Shown in pieces: positions 33,915-43,716 of a stretch of 64,000 bases of DNA. The stretch spans positions 96,001-160,000 of the forward strand of contig CAVSGI010000002.1 of assembly GCA_963727445.1 (NCBI GenBank), in the 5' to 3' direction. Positions within the stretch are counted from its first letter, which is position 1; every line of letters begins with the position of its first letter. Source of the stretch: an uncultured delta proteobacterium. Its GTDB lineage: Bacteria > Myxococcota_A > Polyangia > Polyangiales > B10-G4. The translations under genes and the position numbers were made by a program. The notes beneath the pieces were generated by a model. That model had not been told where the DNA came from and ran no database searches. It was given only the letters and a program-made list of their open reading frames with translations.

Positions 33915-35537
33915 ATGGCGCCTGTCGTGATCGACCTTTCGACCGTCAACGACTCGATCTGGCTCTACGTCGCCGCGCCAATCCTGGTCGCCTGCGCTCT
34001 GTGGGTCAGCTTCCTCTTGAAGGTCCCGCAGGTCCTACGCCTGGGATCGGCGTTTCGCGGCCTGAGGGCCACGGACCCCGAGGCCGAGGGCGAGACGCCG
34101 GCGGCGACGCCGTTGGCGCTCTCGATCGCGATCACCGTGGGCGCGGCAGCCGCCGTCGCGAGCGCGACCGCCGTGTCGCTCGGCGGCGCGGGCATCCTCT
34201 TCTGGGTCTGGGTCTTTGCGTTCCTCGTCGCCCCGCTTCGCTACGCCGAGGTCATGCTCGCGCGCACCGACGCCCCGGGCCGGTCGGAGGTGAGTGAGAG
34301 CGGCTCGCTGGTGCGGCGCCTGCTGCGCGAGGAGGGAGCGAAGCGCGCCCTCGGCTGGGTGACGCTCGTCGTTCTCGCCCTCACCGGCTTCGCATTCGTG
34401 GGAGGGGTGCACGGAGGTGCGCTCGTCGATCTGGGCGCCGCGACGCTGCCGGCGAGCGTGCCGATGGCGGGCTACGCCGTCGCCGCTGTCGCGGCGCTGG
34501 TGGTGGTGCTCGGCCTTCGAATGGGCGGCGCCCTCGCGGGATGGCTCTCGGCCGCCGCCGCGCTGACGCTGGTGGTCTCCGCCATCCTCGGCATCACAGA
34601 GAACCCGGGCCGCGCCTTCGGCACGCTGGCCCGCATGTTCGGCGAGGCTTTCTCGGGCGCGCCCCTGGCGACACCGTGGGTGGGCGCGAGCGTCAAGGAG
34701 ATCCTCCTCGCCTCGGTCGTCTTCGTCGTGCCGCCCCTGGCCGCCTCGGGCGGCGCGGTCGGTGCGCTTCACGGCGCCGCGCGGGCCAGGGGGACGCGCC
34801 GGCAGGCGGAGACCGCGCTCCTCGGCCCCCTCGCCTACGCGCTGATCGTCACGCTCCTGGTGATGGTCTTCGTCGGCTCCGGCGCGTTCTTCCGGCGCGT
34901 TCACACCGAGCGCCCCTTCGAGGACATCCTCGTCTACCAATCGACCTTCGAGTCGGCGAGCCAGCGCGACGAGCCCGAGCGACTGCACACCGGCTATCTC
35001 CGCGTCGTCGACGGAGAGGCGCGCGATCCCAGCCTCCACTACGGCACCGAGCGGGCGACCATCGAAGAAGCGCGCTTCGAGTTCCGCGGACGGCCAGCGG
35101 ACTTCGCGCTGCATCTGAAGGACGGGCGCGCCGAGCGCATGCTGCGTCCTCACGACGGAACGCTCACCGAGGTCCCACTGAGCGAGCTCTCGGCGCTCAC
35201 GGTCACCGGCGAGATGATCCCGCGCGGCGGCCCGATGGTGGTGGCCGCGATGGAGCGCGGCAGCGGCGGCGACCTCGCGGGACGCCTCGCCTTCATCGCG
35301 GTGCTCCTCTTGCTCGCGGTCGGCGCAGGCGCTTTCGGGAGCGCGCTCGGGCGCTCGCTGCCGGCGAGCGCGCCGAAGTGGGCGACGATCGCCATCGGCC
35401 TTCTGCCAGCGGCGGGGGTCGCGGTCGCGACCAGCGCGATCGTGCCGGATCTCGGGGCGATCGGGGGCATCGCGGCCGCGCTCAGCGCGACGATCGCAGC
35501 GCTCGCGGTGGCGCTCGGCGCGCGACAAGCGGCCTGA
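33915..35537 (+). CDS. Divergent alanine/glycine:cation symporter (AGCS) family protein
   Basis: ATAVSLGGAGILFWVWV..LRYAEVMLA resembles the AGCS signature; large hydrophilic insert. Confidence 0.7.
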   Translation: MAPVVIDLSTVNDSIWLYVAAPILVACALWVSFLLKVPQVLRLGSAFRGLRATDPEAEGETPAATPLALSIAITVGAAAAVASATAVSLGGAGILFWVWVFAFLVAPLRYAEVMLARTDAPGRSEVSESGSLVRRLLREEGAKRALGWVTLVVLALTGFAFVGGVHGGALVDLGAATLPASVPMAGYAVAAVAALVVVLGLRMGGALAGWLSAAAALTLVVSAILGITENPGRAFGTLARMFGEAFSGAPLATPWVGASVKEILLASVVFVVPPLAASGGAVGALHGAARARGTRRQAETALLGPLAYALIVTLLVMVFVGSGAFFRRVHTERPFEDILVYQSTFESASQRDEPERLHTGYLRVVDGEARDPSLHYGTERATIEEARFEFRGRPADFALHLKDGRAERMLRPHDGTLTEVPLSELSALTVTGEMIPRGGPMVVAAMERGSGGDLAGRLAFIAVLLLLAVGAGAFGSALGRSLPASAPKWATIAIGLLPAAGVAVATSAIVPDLGAIGGIAAALSATIAALAVALGARQAA

Positions 35538-35646
35538 ACGCTCACGAATTCGCGCGGCTAGCAGGTCCGCAGCATCCAAGCTAAGGTGCGCCGCTTCGTG
35601 CGCGCCGAGCCACTCGCGCGCACAGACGACGGGGACCGAATAGGAC

Positions 35647-36510
35647 ATGAGATCGCTAGGGATCATCGGCGGAAGCGGGTTGTACGAGCTCGAGGGCCTC
35701 GAGGACGTGGAGGAGCACGCGGTCTCCACGACTTTCGGCGAGCCTTCGGACGTGGTGCTCAGTGGGCGGCTCGGAGACACCCGCCTGCTCTTCGTTCCAC
35801 GTCACGGACGGGGGCATCGCATCCCGCCTCATCGCATCAACTACCGGGCGAACATCCTCGCGCTGAAGAAGCTCGGCGCCGAGCAGATCGTCAGCGTCTC
35901 GGCGGTCGGCTCGATGAAGGACAACATCCATCCGGGCGACGTGGTGCTGCCGGATCAGTTCTTCGATCGGACGCGAATGCGGCCCAGCACCTTCTTCGAC
36001 GACGACGGCGTGGCCGCCCACGTCGCCCTGGCCGAGCCCATCGACGCCGCGCTGCAGCAGGCGCTCTATCGGGCGGCGGTCGACGCCGACGTGCGCACGC
36101 ACAAGGGCGGCACCTACATCTGCATCGACGGTCCGCAGTTCTCGACGCGCGCCGAGTCGAACATCTACCGGAGCTGGGGCGTCGACGTGATCGGCATGAC
36201 CAACCTGCCGGAGGCGCGCCTGGCCCGCGAGGCGGAGCTCCCCTACGCCACCGTCGCCCTCGTCACCGACTACGACTGCTGGCACGACGACCACGACGCG
36301 GTCACCGTCGAGCAGGTGGTGAGCATCCTCAAGACCAACGTGGTCAACGCGCGCCGCATCCTCACGAACGTCGCCGCGATGCTCCCCGATCCCTCGGAGA
36401 GCCCGGCGGTGAACGCGCTGGAGCACGCGATCATGACCCGCCCCGACCTCATCACCGAAGCCGCCCGAGAGCGCCTGGACCTCTTGATCGGCAAGTACCT
36501 GGACAAGTAA
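35647..36510 (+). CDS. mtnP: S-methyl-5'-thioadenosine phosphorylase
   Basis: GIIGGSG, RHGRGH, NYRANI, GPQFSTRAES, IGMT, VTDYDCW. Confidence 0.95.
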   Translation: MRSLGIIGGSGLYELEGLEDVEEHAVSTTFGEPSDVVLSGRLGDTRLLFVPRHGRGHRIPPHRINYRANILALKKLGAEQIVSVSAVGSMKDNIHPGDVVLPDQFFDRTRMRPSTFFDDDGVAAHVALAEPIDAALQQALYRAAVDADVRTHKGGTYICIDGPQFSTRAESNIYRSWGVDVIGMTNLPEARLAREAELPYATVALVTDYDCWHDDHDAVTVEQVVSILKTNVVNARRILTNVAAMLPDPSESPAVNALEHAIMTRPDLITEAARERLDLLIGKYLDK

Positions 36511-36523
36511 GGACCCCGCCAGA

Positions 36524-37501
36524 ATGCACTCCAGTCACCCCATGCTCGTCGTCGGATCGGTCGCCTTCGATACGATCCACAACAACTCCGGAACGCACGC
36601 CAAGATCCTCGGCGGCTCGGCCACCTTCGCCTCGATCGCCGGCGCGGTCTTCTCCCCCGTCCAGCTCGTGGGCATCGTCGGGCGCGACTTCCCCCAGGCC
36701 ACCATCGATCAGCTCACCAAGAAGGGCATCGACATGGCGGGCCTCGAGCGGAGCGACGGCCTCACCTTCCACTGGGAGGGCAAGTACAGCGAGGACCTCA
36801 CCTCGCGCGAGAGCCTCTGCACCGAGCTCAACGCCTTCGCCGAGTTCCACCCGAAGATCCCCGAGGCCTTCCGCGACACGCCCTACGTGATGCTCGGCAA
36901 CATCGCCCCCGCGCTGCAGCTCGAGGTGCTCGACCAGGTTCAGAATCCCCGCCTCGTCGTCGCCGACACCATGAATTTCTGGATCGAGGGCCAGCGGGAC
37001 GACCTGATGAAGGTGCTGGCCCGCGTCGACGTCCTCGTCATCAACGAGGAAGAAGCGCGGCAGCTCTCCGGCAAGCACCACATCATGCAGGTCTCGAAGG
37101 CGCTCCTCTCGATGGGCCCGCGCATCGTGATCGTCAAGCAGGGCGAGTACGGCGCGCTGCTCTTCCACGACGGCGAGATCTTCGCGGCGCCGGCCTATCC
37201 GATCGACACCGTGGCGGACCCGACCGGCGCCGGCGACACCTTCGCGGGCGCGCTCCTCGGCTACGTGGCGCACCACGACAACATCCGCCACGACACGCTC
37301 CGGCGCGCGGTGATCTACGGCTCGGCCCTGGCCAGCTTCTGCGTCGAAGGGACCGGAACCGAGCGGCTGCTCTCGGTGACCCGCGACGACGCGGACCAGC
37401 GTTTCCGGGCGTTCCGCAAGCTCGCGCACTTCTCCTCGGAGGACGAGGTGAGCGAAGTCGAACGAGAAGATCGCGGCCCCGAGGCGCGTCGGGCAAACTG
37501 A
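36524..37501 (+). CDS. PfkB/ribokinase family kinase
   Basis: GGSATF, NEEEAR, DPTGAGDTFAG. Confidence 0.92.
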   Translation: MHSSHPMLVVGSVAFDTIHNNSGTHAKILGGSATFASIAGAVFSPVQLVGIVGRDFPQATIDQLTKKGIDMAGLERSDGLTFHWEGKYSEDLTSRESLCTELNAFAEFHPKIPEAFRDTPYVMLGNIAPALQLEVLDQVQNPRLVVADTMNFWIEGQRDDLMKVLARVDVLVINEEEARQLSGKHHIMQVSKALLSMGPRIVIVKQGEYGALLFHDGEIFAAPAYPIDTVADPTGAGDTFAGALLGYVAHHDNIRHDTLRRAVIYGSALASFCVEGTGTERLLSVTRDDADQRFRAFRKLAHFSSEDEVSEVEREDRGPEARRAN

Positions 37502-37532
37502 AGACCTACGCCGGCGGCGTAGCTGGAGGATC

Positions 37533-38543
37533 GTGATGAAGAAGCTTTGCTTGATGCCACTCGTGTTGACCCTTTTCATGGGCTGCGGTGACGACAGCTC
37601 GCCGCCGAGCGACGGCGGGACCGACGCGACGGTGGACAGCGCGCCGCCCATGGGCACCTGCCCGGTCCCCGACGAGCAGATGGGACCCTGCTGCTACTAC
37701 GCGTCCAACGCCGAGAGCCTCGACCATCCGGCGCTGCGAGTCGCGGGCGTACAGATCACGACGCCGCCCTCCCTCGCCACGATCATCGTGACCACGCTGC
37801 TCGTCGACTCCCTCGACCGCGAGCTCTTCAACTGGCTCATCGACACCGAGATCAGCGGCACCGACGCCAACATCACCACCGGGTACGGCATCAAGAACGC
37901 CGACGGCACCTTCTCCTTCACCATGGGCACCGCCCCCGGGCCGGGCGACGCCAACCGCTGGGACCCGATCTCCATCTCCGGGTCGATCGCGGGAGAGGTC
38001 GTGAGCGCCCCGGTGGTGAGCGAGACCCTCACGGTGCCCGTGCTCGATCAGGACGGGATGAACGTCACCCTCGAGCTGCCGCTCCGGAACATGACCATCG
38101 AGATGGCGACCCTCTCCGAGGATCGCAGCTGCATCGGGCAGCGCCTCCCCGGCAACCGTTGGACCTCGACCGATGGCCTGCTCACCGCCTTCATCACGGT
38201 CGAGGACGCCGACGCGGGCATCCTCGACGTGCCGGACGCGATGATCCACCAGTCGCTCTGCACCTTCATCGCCAACATGCCGGCCACCGCGGGTGACTGC
38301 ACGATGCCGACGGACTGCCCGATGGGCTACACGTGCAACACCGACTCCAAGTGCGCGCGGCCGGACAACTGCCTCGACACCCCGCAGAACGACGACACCT
38401 GGTCCGCCAAGCCCGACGCCCTCTGCGACACCGCGGGCTGCACCCAGGACCCCGGCGACGGCAGCGTCTGCGACCCCGCGACCACCTGCAACGCCTGGTT
38501 CATCAGCGCCGGATTTGCCGCCCAGGGCGTCACGATCAACTGA
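37533..38543 (+). CDS. Hypothetical Cys-containing lipoprotein
   Basis: GGAGG RBS; lipobox FMGC. Confidence 0.75.
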   Translation: MMKKLCLMPLVLTLFMGCGDDSSPPSDGGTDATVDSAPPMGTCPVPDEQMGPCCYYASNAESLDHPALRVAGVQITTPPSLATIIVTTLLVDSLDRELFNWLIDTEISGTDANITTGYGIKNADGTFSFTMGTAPGPGDANRWDPISISGSIAGEVVSAPVVSETLTVPVLDQDGMNVTLELPLRNMTIEMATLSEDRSCIGQRLPGNRWTSTDGLLTAFITVEDADAGILDVPDAMIHQSLCTFIANMPATAGDCTMPTDCPMGYTCNTDSKCARPDNCLDTPQNDDTWSAKPDALCDTAGCTQDPGDGSVCDPATTCNAWFISAGFAAQGVTIN

Positions 38544-38567
38544 ATTCGACCATAGTCTCGGGACGAT

Positions 38568-38598
38568 GAAGCCCCGCTCGCGTCGCGGGCGGGGCTTT
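38568..38598 (+). terminator. Probable intrinsic terminator hairpin
   Basis: AAGCCCCGCTCGC / GCGGGCGGGGCTT stem 25 nt after the stop codon; short T tract. Confidence 0.6.
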
Positions 38599-38706
38599 CC
38601 CGCATTCGAATCTCGTGTAAAGCTCCTGAGGTTCGGTTGGTTTGGGTGTGCACGAGGCCCCGCCGGGGATTCCGGCGTGAGGACCTACGGGCTCGGGAGC
38701 ACGGGT

Positions 38707-41700
38707 ATGCGCTTCGTTAGGCAGAATCTCTGGTCTTTTCTTCTTCCTCTCCTCGTCTTCGTCGTTCTGGCGTGTGGAGGGGGCAGCTGCGGGGGCTGCG
38801 CCGGCTGCGGGGTCGCGCCGATCCCGGGCGGCTATCCGATCGCCGATCGCGTCAGCAACTCGGCGCAGGTTCGCCTGACCGATGACGGGATCACGTTCAT
38901 CGAAGACAACTTTGATTCGATCGTGATGAATTTCCTGCCGGACGGCCTGGACTTCCCCGTCCCCCGCAGCACGGTGTCGGGTCCGCTGGGAACGAGCGCA
39001 ACCATCTGCGCGGACGACAACTGTATCGCGCACCTGGAGATTCAGAGCGTCGAGCTGACCCCGACAGCCCCGAACACCCTTCACGCGCACCTGCGCCTGA
39101 TCATGGACAGCCGCAACCTCTCCGGCGCGCGCGCTCGGTGGCGCATCGGTCTGCCCATCAGTGACTCCAACCTCGACGTCGACACGCGGCCGGGCTCGCG
39201 TATGTATGTCGGGTTCGCGGCCGATATCCGCTTCCTCGCAGAGACCGAAGCGGCCCGCGCGGGCTACACCTGGGTCAAGGTCGAGAACGCCGATCTCGTG
39301 TCCGGCGAGGGCATCGAAGACGCAGACCTCGATTTCTCCGGCGGCATCTTGTCGTGGGTCCTGAACGCGCTCAAGGGCGTCCTCATCGACCAGCTCGTCG
39401 CCCAGGTGACGGGCCTCTTGGACTCCGCCCTCGGCGACGCCCTCTGCACGCAGCAGGGCGAGTATGGGTGTCCCACCGGCACGGTCGCGGCCGGACCGGA
39501 TCCGACGGACGTCTGCGAGTACACCGCCGGCGGCCGCTGCGTCCCGATACTCCTCGGCACCGACGGCCAGGGCGATCTCGGTGAGGCGTTCCTCGGAAGC
39601 ATCTCTCCCGGCACTCACGCCCCGGGCCAGTTCCTGCTCGCGTCGGGCGGCGACGGCGAGGCGGTCAACGGGGGCATGAGCCTCTTCATGTACGGCGGCT
39701 ATCGCTCCACCGACCTCACCTTCATGACCTCGCCCGCGCACAACCCGTGCGTACCCGTGGTCGATCCGCCGCCCCTTCCGACCATCCCGCGGGTCGACAC
39801 CTTCCGGGGCAACACCATCCCCGGCGGCGGCAGCGCCCACGTGGGCATCGGCCTGTCGGAGTCCTTCCTGAACCACGCGGGCTACGGGATGTTCGACTCG
39901 GGCCTTCTGTGCATCGGCGCGGGGACGCGGCTGAGCCAGCAGCTCTCGACGGGGCTGCTCTCGGCGCTGATCACCTCGCTCCGCGGCGTGACCTTCCCGG
40001 AGACCAACGCTCCGGTGGCGATCGCGCTCCGGCCCCAGACCCCGCCGACCTTCGAGGTGGGCGCGGGCGACGGCACCGAGCCGCTCCTCACCGTCGCGCT
40101 CGATGGTGTGCAGGTCGACTTCTACGTCTGGTCCACCGAGCGATACATCCGCTTCATGACCTACGCGGCGGATCTCTCCATCCCGATCAACCTCACGGTC
40201 ACCGACGGCGAGATCGTGCCGGAGATCGTCGAGGTCGGCGCGTCCAACAGCGTCGTGACCAACTCGGAGCTGTTGAGCGAAGACCCGATGCTCCTCGCCT
40301 CGCTGATCGAGACGGTCATCAGCGAGTTCGCGTCGATGGCCACCGGCGGCCTGAGCCCCTTCGCGCTGCCGGACCTGATGGGCCTGGCGCTCGAGGTGCC
40401 CGACGGCGGCGTGACCGGCGTCGACGACGCGCGGTGAGGAGTTCGTCGGCATCTTCGCCAATCTCGCGCTGGCGTCGGGCTCGGCCTACTCGGCCAGCGT
40501 CGACACCCGCGCCACCCTCGATCCCATCCAGATCGATCCCGACGTCCTCGACCTCGCCACCTTCGGCCAGGGCGAGCACCCCTGGGTGCGCGTCGTCGCG
40601 GACGCGGACGGCCCGAGCGGCGCCGGCTACGAGTACAGCTGGCGCGTCAACGGCAAGCCGTGGAGCCCCTGGACCACCGACCGCATCCTCACGATCCAGG
40701 ACCCGGCCTTCCTGCTCCAGGCACGTCACGAGCTCGAGGTGCGGGCGCGCATGGCGGGTCAGCCCCTCACGGTCGATCCGACGCCGGCGTGGTTCGAGGT
40801 GCTGGTGGACGTCCTTCCGCCCCTGGTCGAGGTGGACCGGAGCGGCCGTGGCGTGAGCATCACGGCCAGTGACGTCCTGACGGAGCGCGAGGACCTCGAG
40901 CTCCGCTACCGCATCGACGGCGAAGGCTGGACCGAGTGGCAGAAGCTGCCGGACGACGCCTTCGTCCCCCTCCCCTACGACGACGCGAGCATGGACGTCG
41001 AAGTGCGCGACGAGGCGGGCAACGTGGGCGGCGCGAGCGCGGCGCTCATCCGCGGCCTTCCCAACCCGGACGCCGCCGCGGGCTGTGGCTGCTCGACCTT
41101 CGACGAGCGCACCTCGCCCTTCTCCGGCCTCGCCTTCCTCATGGCCTTCGCCGCGTTCCTCCTGCGCCGGAGGTCTCAAAGACGACCCTCGAAGCGGCTC
41201 GGCAAGAAGGCGAAGTCGGCCGCCAAGTGGCTCTCGATCCTGATCCTCCTGTCCATCGTCGGCTGTGATTGCGGGGGCGGCGACAACCCCGACGGCGGCA
41301 CGGACGGCATGATGGGCTGCTCCTCGTGCGTCGCAGCGGTCCCCCCGGCCACCGCCGGCGGCATCTGCTGCGAAGCCACGAACATGTGCATCTCCTACGA
41401 CCTGATCGAGCTCTGCGATCCGGGCTTTCAGTGCTCCAGCGGCGACCAGGTGGCGGTGGACGAGTCCTGCAACCTCACCTGCAACGACTGCGTGCGCTCG
41501 CCCGCCCTCAACCCCGGCCTTCTGGCGACACACCTCGACATGCACGTGAACGACGACGGCAGCGCGGTGCTCTCGGGTTACAGCCCGGGCGACGCGCCGG
41601 CCCGCGTCTACGGCGACCTGGTCATCGGCACCGCGCCGGCCGGGCCCGGCGACATGGTGCAGTGGGAGATCGTCGACGGCGCCCCCGACATGCCCATCAC

Positions 41701-42826
41701 CAACGACCCCGACGGCTATCGCGGCGGTGTGTCCGCGCCCGGCCCCGACGTCGGCCGCTGGACCAGCATCGCCGAAGCGGGCGGCACCTATTACGTGAGC
41801 TACTACGATCGCGACAACGGTGACCTCAAGCTCGCCTACGGCACCCCCGGCACCTGGACCGTCATCGTGGTGGACGACACAGGCGACAGCGGGCGCTACT
41901 CGTCGATCGTGATGACGCCGGACGGCGCCCCCGCCATCGCGTACCTGCAGATCACGCCCGGGGACGGCGGCGCCATCGAGAGCCGCGTGAAGGTCGCCGT
42001 CGCGGACAACGGCAGCCCCACGGGCCCGCCCGACTTCTTGAGCACCGAGATCGCCGGTGGTCCCATGGACTGTCGCCCGGCGTTCTGCGACGACACCACG
42101 ACCTGCACCGAGGGCGGGCTCTGCGTCACCGACAGCGGGGACTGCGGCGGCAGCTGCGCGATGGATCAGATCTGCGTCTCCGGGACCTGTGAGACCGCGC
42201 TACCCGACAACTACGTCGAGGACATGCCGCCGGCTCTGGGGATGTACAACTCGCTGGTCGCGACCGACTCCGGCCTCGCCCTCGTCTACTACGACCGGTC
42301 GAACGGCAACCTGTGGGGCGCCGCCTACGACGGCAGCGCCTGGGCTGCGCCCTTCCTGATCGACGGCTACGGCGCGGGCACCCTCGGCGTGGGCGACTCG
42401 GGCCTGGCGGCGAGCCTCTTCGTCGACGCGGCCGGCGTGTGGCACGTGAGCTACGTGGACGGCGCCGAGGAGAACCTCCGCTACGCCCGCATCGAGGGCG
42501 GCATGGTCACCGCCGAGACCGTCGACAACGGCGCGACCGACGGCACCGATCCCAATCCGGACGGCCGGCACATCGTGGGCGACGACAGCTCCATCGTGGT
42601 GACCGAGGGCGGCGAGATCCGCATCGCCTATCAGGACGCCACCTCACGCCGCGCCATGCTGGCCCGCCGGCCGGCGAGCGGAGGCGAGTGGACGATCTCG
42701 ATCTTCGACGAGACCGACAGCACCGGTTTCTGGATCGAGCAGAGTCTGCTCGGAACGACCAGCGTGATCGCGACCTACTACCGCAGCGCATCCGACGGCG
42801 GCACGCGCCTCTTCAACGTGGACTGA
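38707..42826 (+). CDS. Large surface lipoprotein: BPI/LBP-like region, Ig-like domains, internal MYXO-CTERM, second lipoprotein module; frameshift near 40428
   Basis: Lipobox VLAC; AQVRLTDDGITFI and IGLSESFLNHAGY; GCGC..TM..RRR at 41081-41175; second lipobox IVGC at 41264; the two frames join as VDD(GG)EEF. Confidence 0.75.
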
Positions 42827-42845
42827 GACCGGTGCTGCGCGCGCG

Positions 42846-43091
42846 CTACCAGGTGCGCGCGCGGACCGGAACGTCTTCGCTGCTCTTCGCGACGTAGTCG
42901 CGGCGCGTCTCGCTGACGAGCGCCAGGAGCTCGTCCTTGTGGACGATGCCCGCGTCGAGGAGCGCGGCCATGTAGCCGTCGGCGTAGCCGTGGGCTCGGG
43001 AGAGCCGCGCGTACGCGGTGCCGCCGAAGCGCGCCTTCAGAACCTGTTCGAGAAGCTCGGCGACCGTGGCCTTGAGCTGTTCCTTTTCCAT
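42846..43091 (-). CDS. Small hypothetical protein
   Basis: MEKEQLK start after a purine-rich RBS; typical codon usage; RAHGYADGYM. Confidence 0.65.
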   Translation of the reverse strand: MEKEQLKATVAELLEQVLKARFGGTAYARLSRAHGYADGYMAALLDAGIVHKDELLALVSETRRDYVAKSSEDVPVRARTW

Positions 43092-43226
43092 CTCACCCTC
43101 CAGGGTCCGACCATCACGAAGCCGCAGCTTCGGCGTCGGCAAGTCCGCTCGCCCGCGGACCAGGACGGGCATACGCGGAGCACCCGTCGGCGGTCAAAAA
43201 AGCGGACGCAACCGACGACCCGCCGC

Positions 43227-43389
43227 CGCAGGCGATGGGGACGGTCTACACTTTTCAACTTTCGCCTCGGCCGCGCATGCCGATCGCAGGCGATGGGGAC
43301 GGTCTACACTTTTCAACTTTCGCCTCGGCCGCGCATGCCGATCGCACCCGGGCGTGCGTGGCGAAAGTTGAAAAGTGTAGACCGTCCCC
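43227..43389. repeat. REP/MITE-like cluster: two exact 58-bp tandem units plus an inverted core
   Basis: Core GGGGACGGTCTACACTTTTCAACTTT at 43237 and 43295; inverted copy at 43360-43389. Confidence 0.9.
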
Positions 43390-43716
43390 GTTAGGGTGTT
43401 GGGGCGAAGCCGCCGAAGCCCCATCACCAAAAATGATCGGCGCCCGACGAAGGCAGAATTGCACTCATCGGACGCCGACCAAGGGGTTCAGGGATTTGCT
43501 TGGCAGGGAGGTCGCGCGATCTCGACGCCGCGCTCGCTCTTGGTTCTTCATTGAGCATCCTTCGTGCCATCGAACACGGACGAAAAAGCGCAACGATGGC
43601 GTCGCTGCCCCCTCCCCGAGCGGCTTCTACAGCAGCCAATTCGGCAGTAGCCGTGGCTGCTGAAGCCGCCTCCACTGACGGACCGAGCTCGTCGAAGCCA
43701 TGGGGCCTCCGCCCGC

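Noticed and set aside
43227..43389. CRISPR array
   Set aside because: The inter-repeat sequences are identical, the third copy is inverted, and no cas genes are present
43620..43669. Long hairpin as an ncRNA
   Set aside because: Lies about 50 nt after the ABC permease stop; a terminator or REP-type hairpin is the simpler explanation
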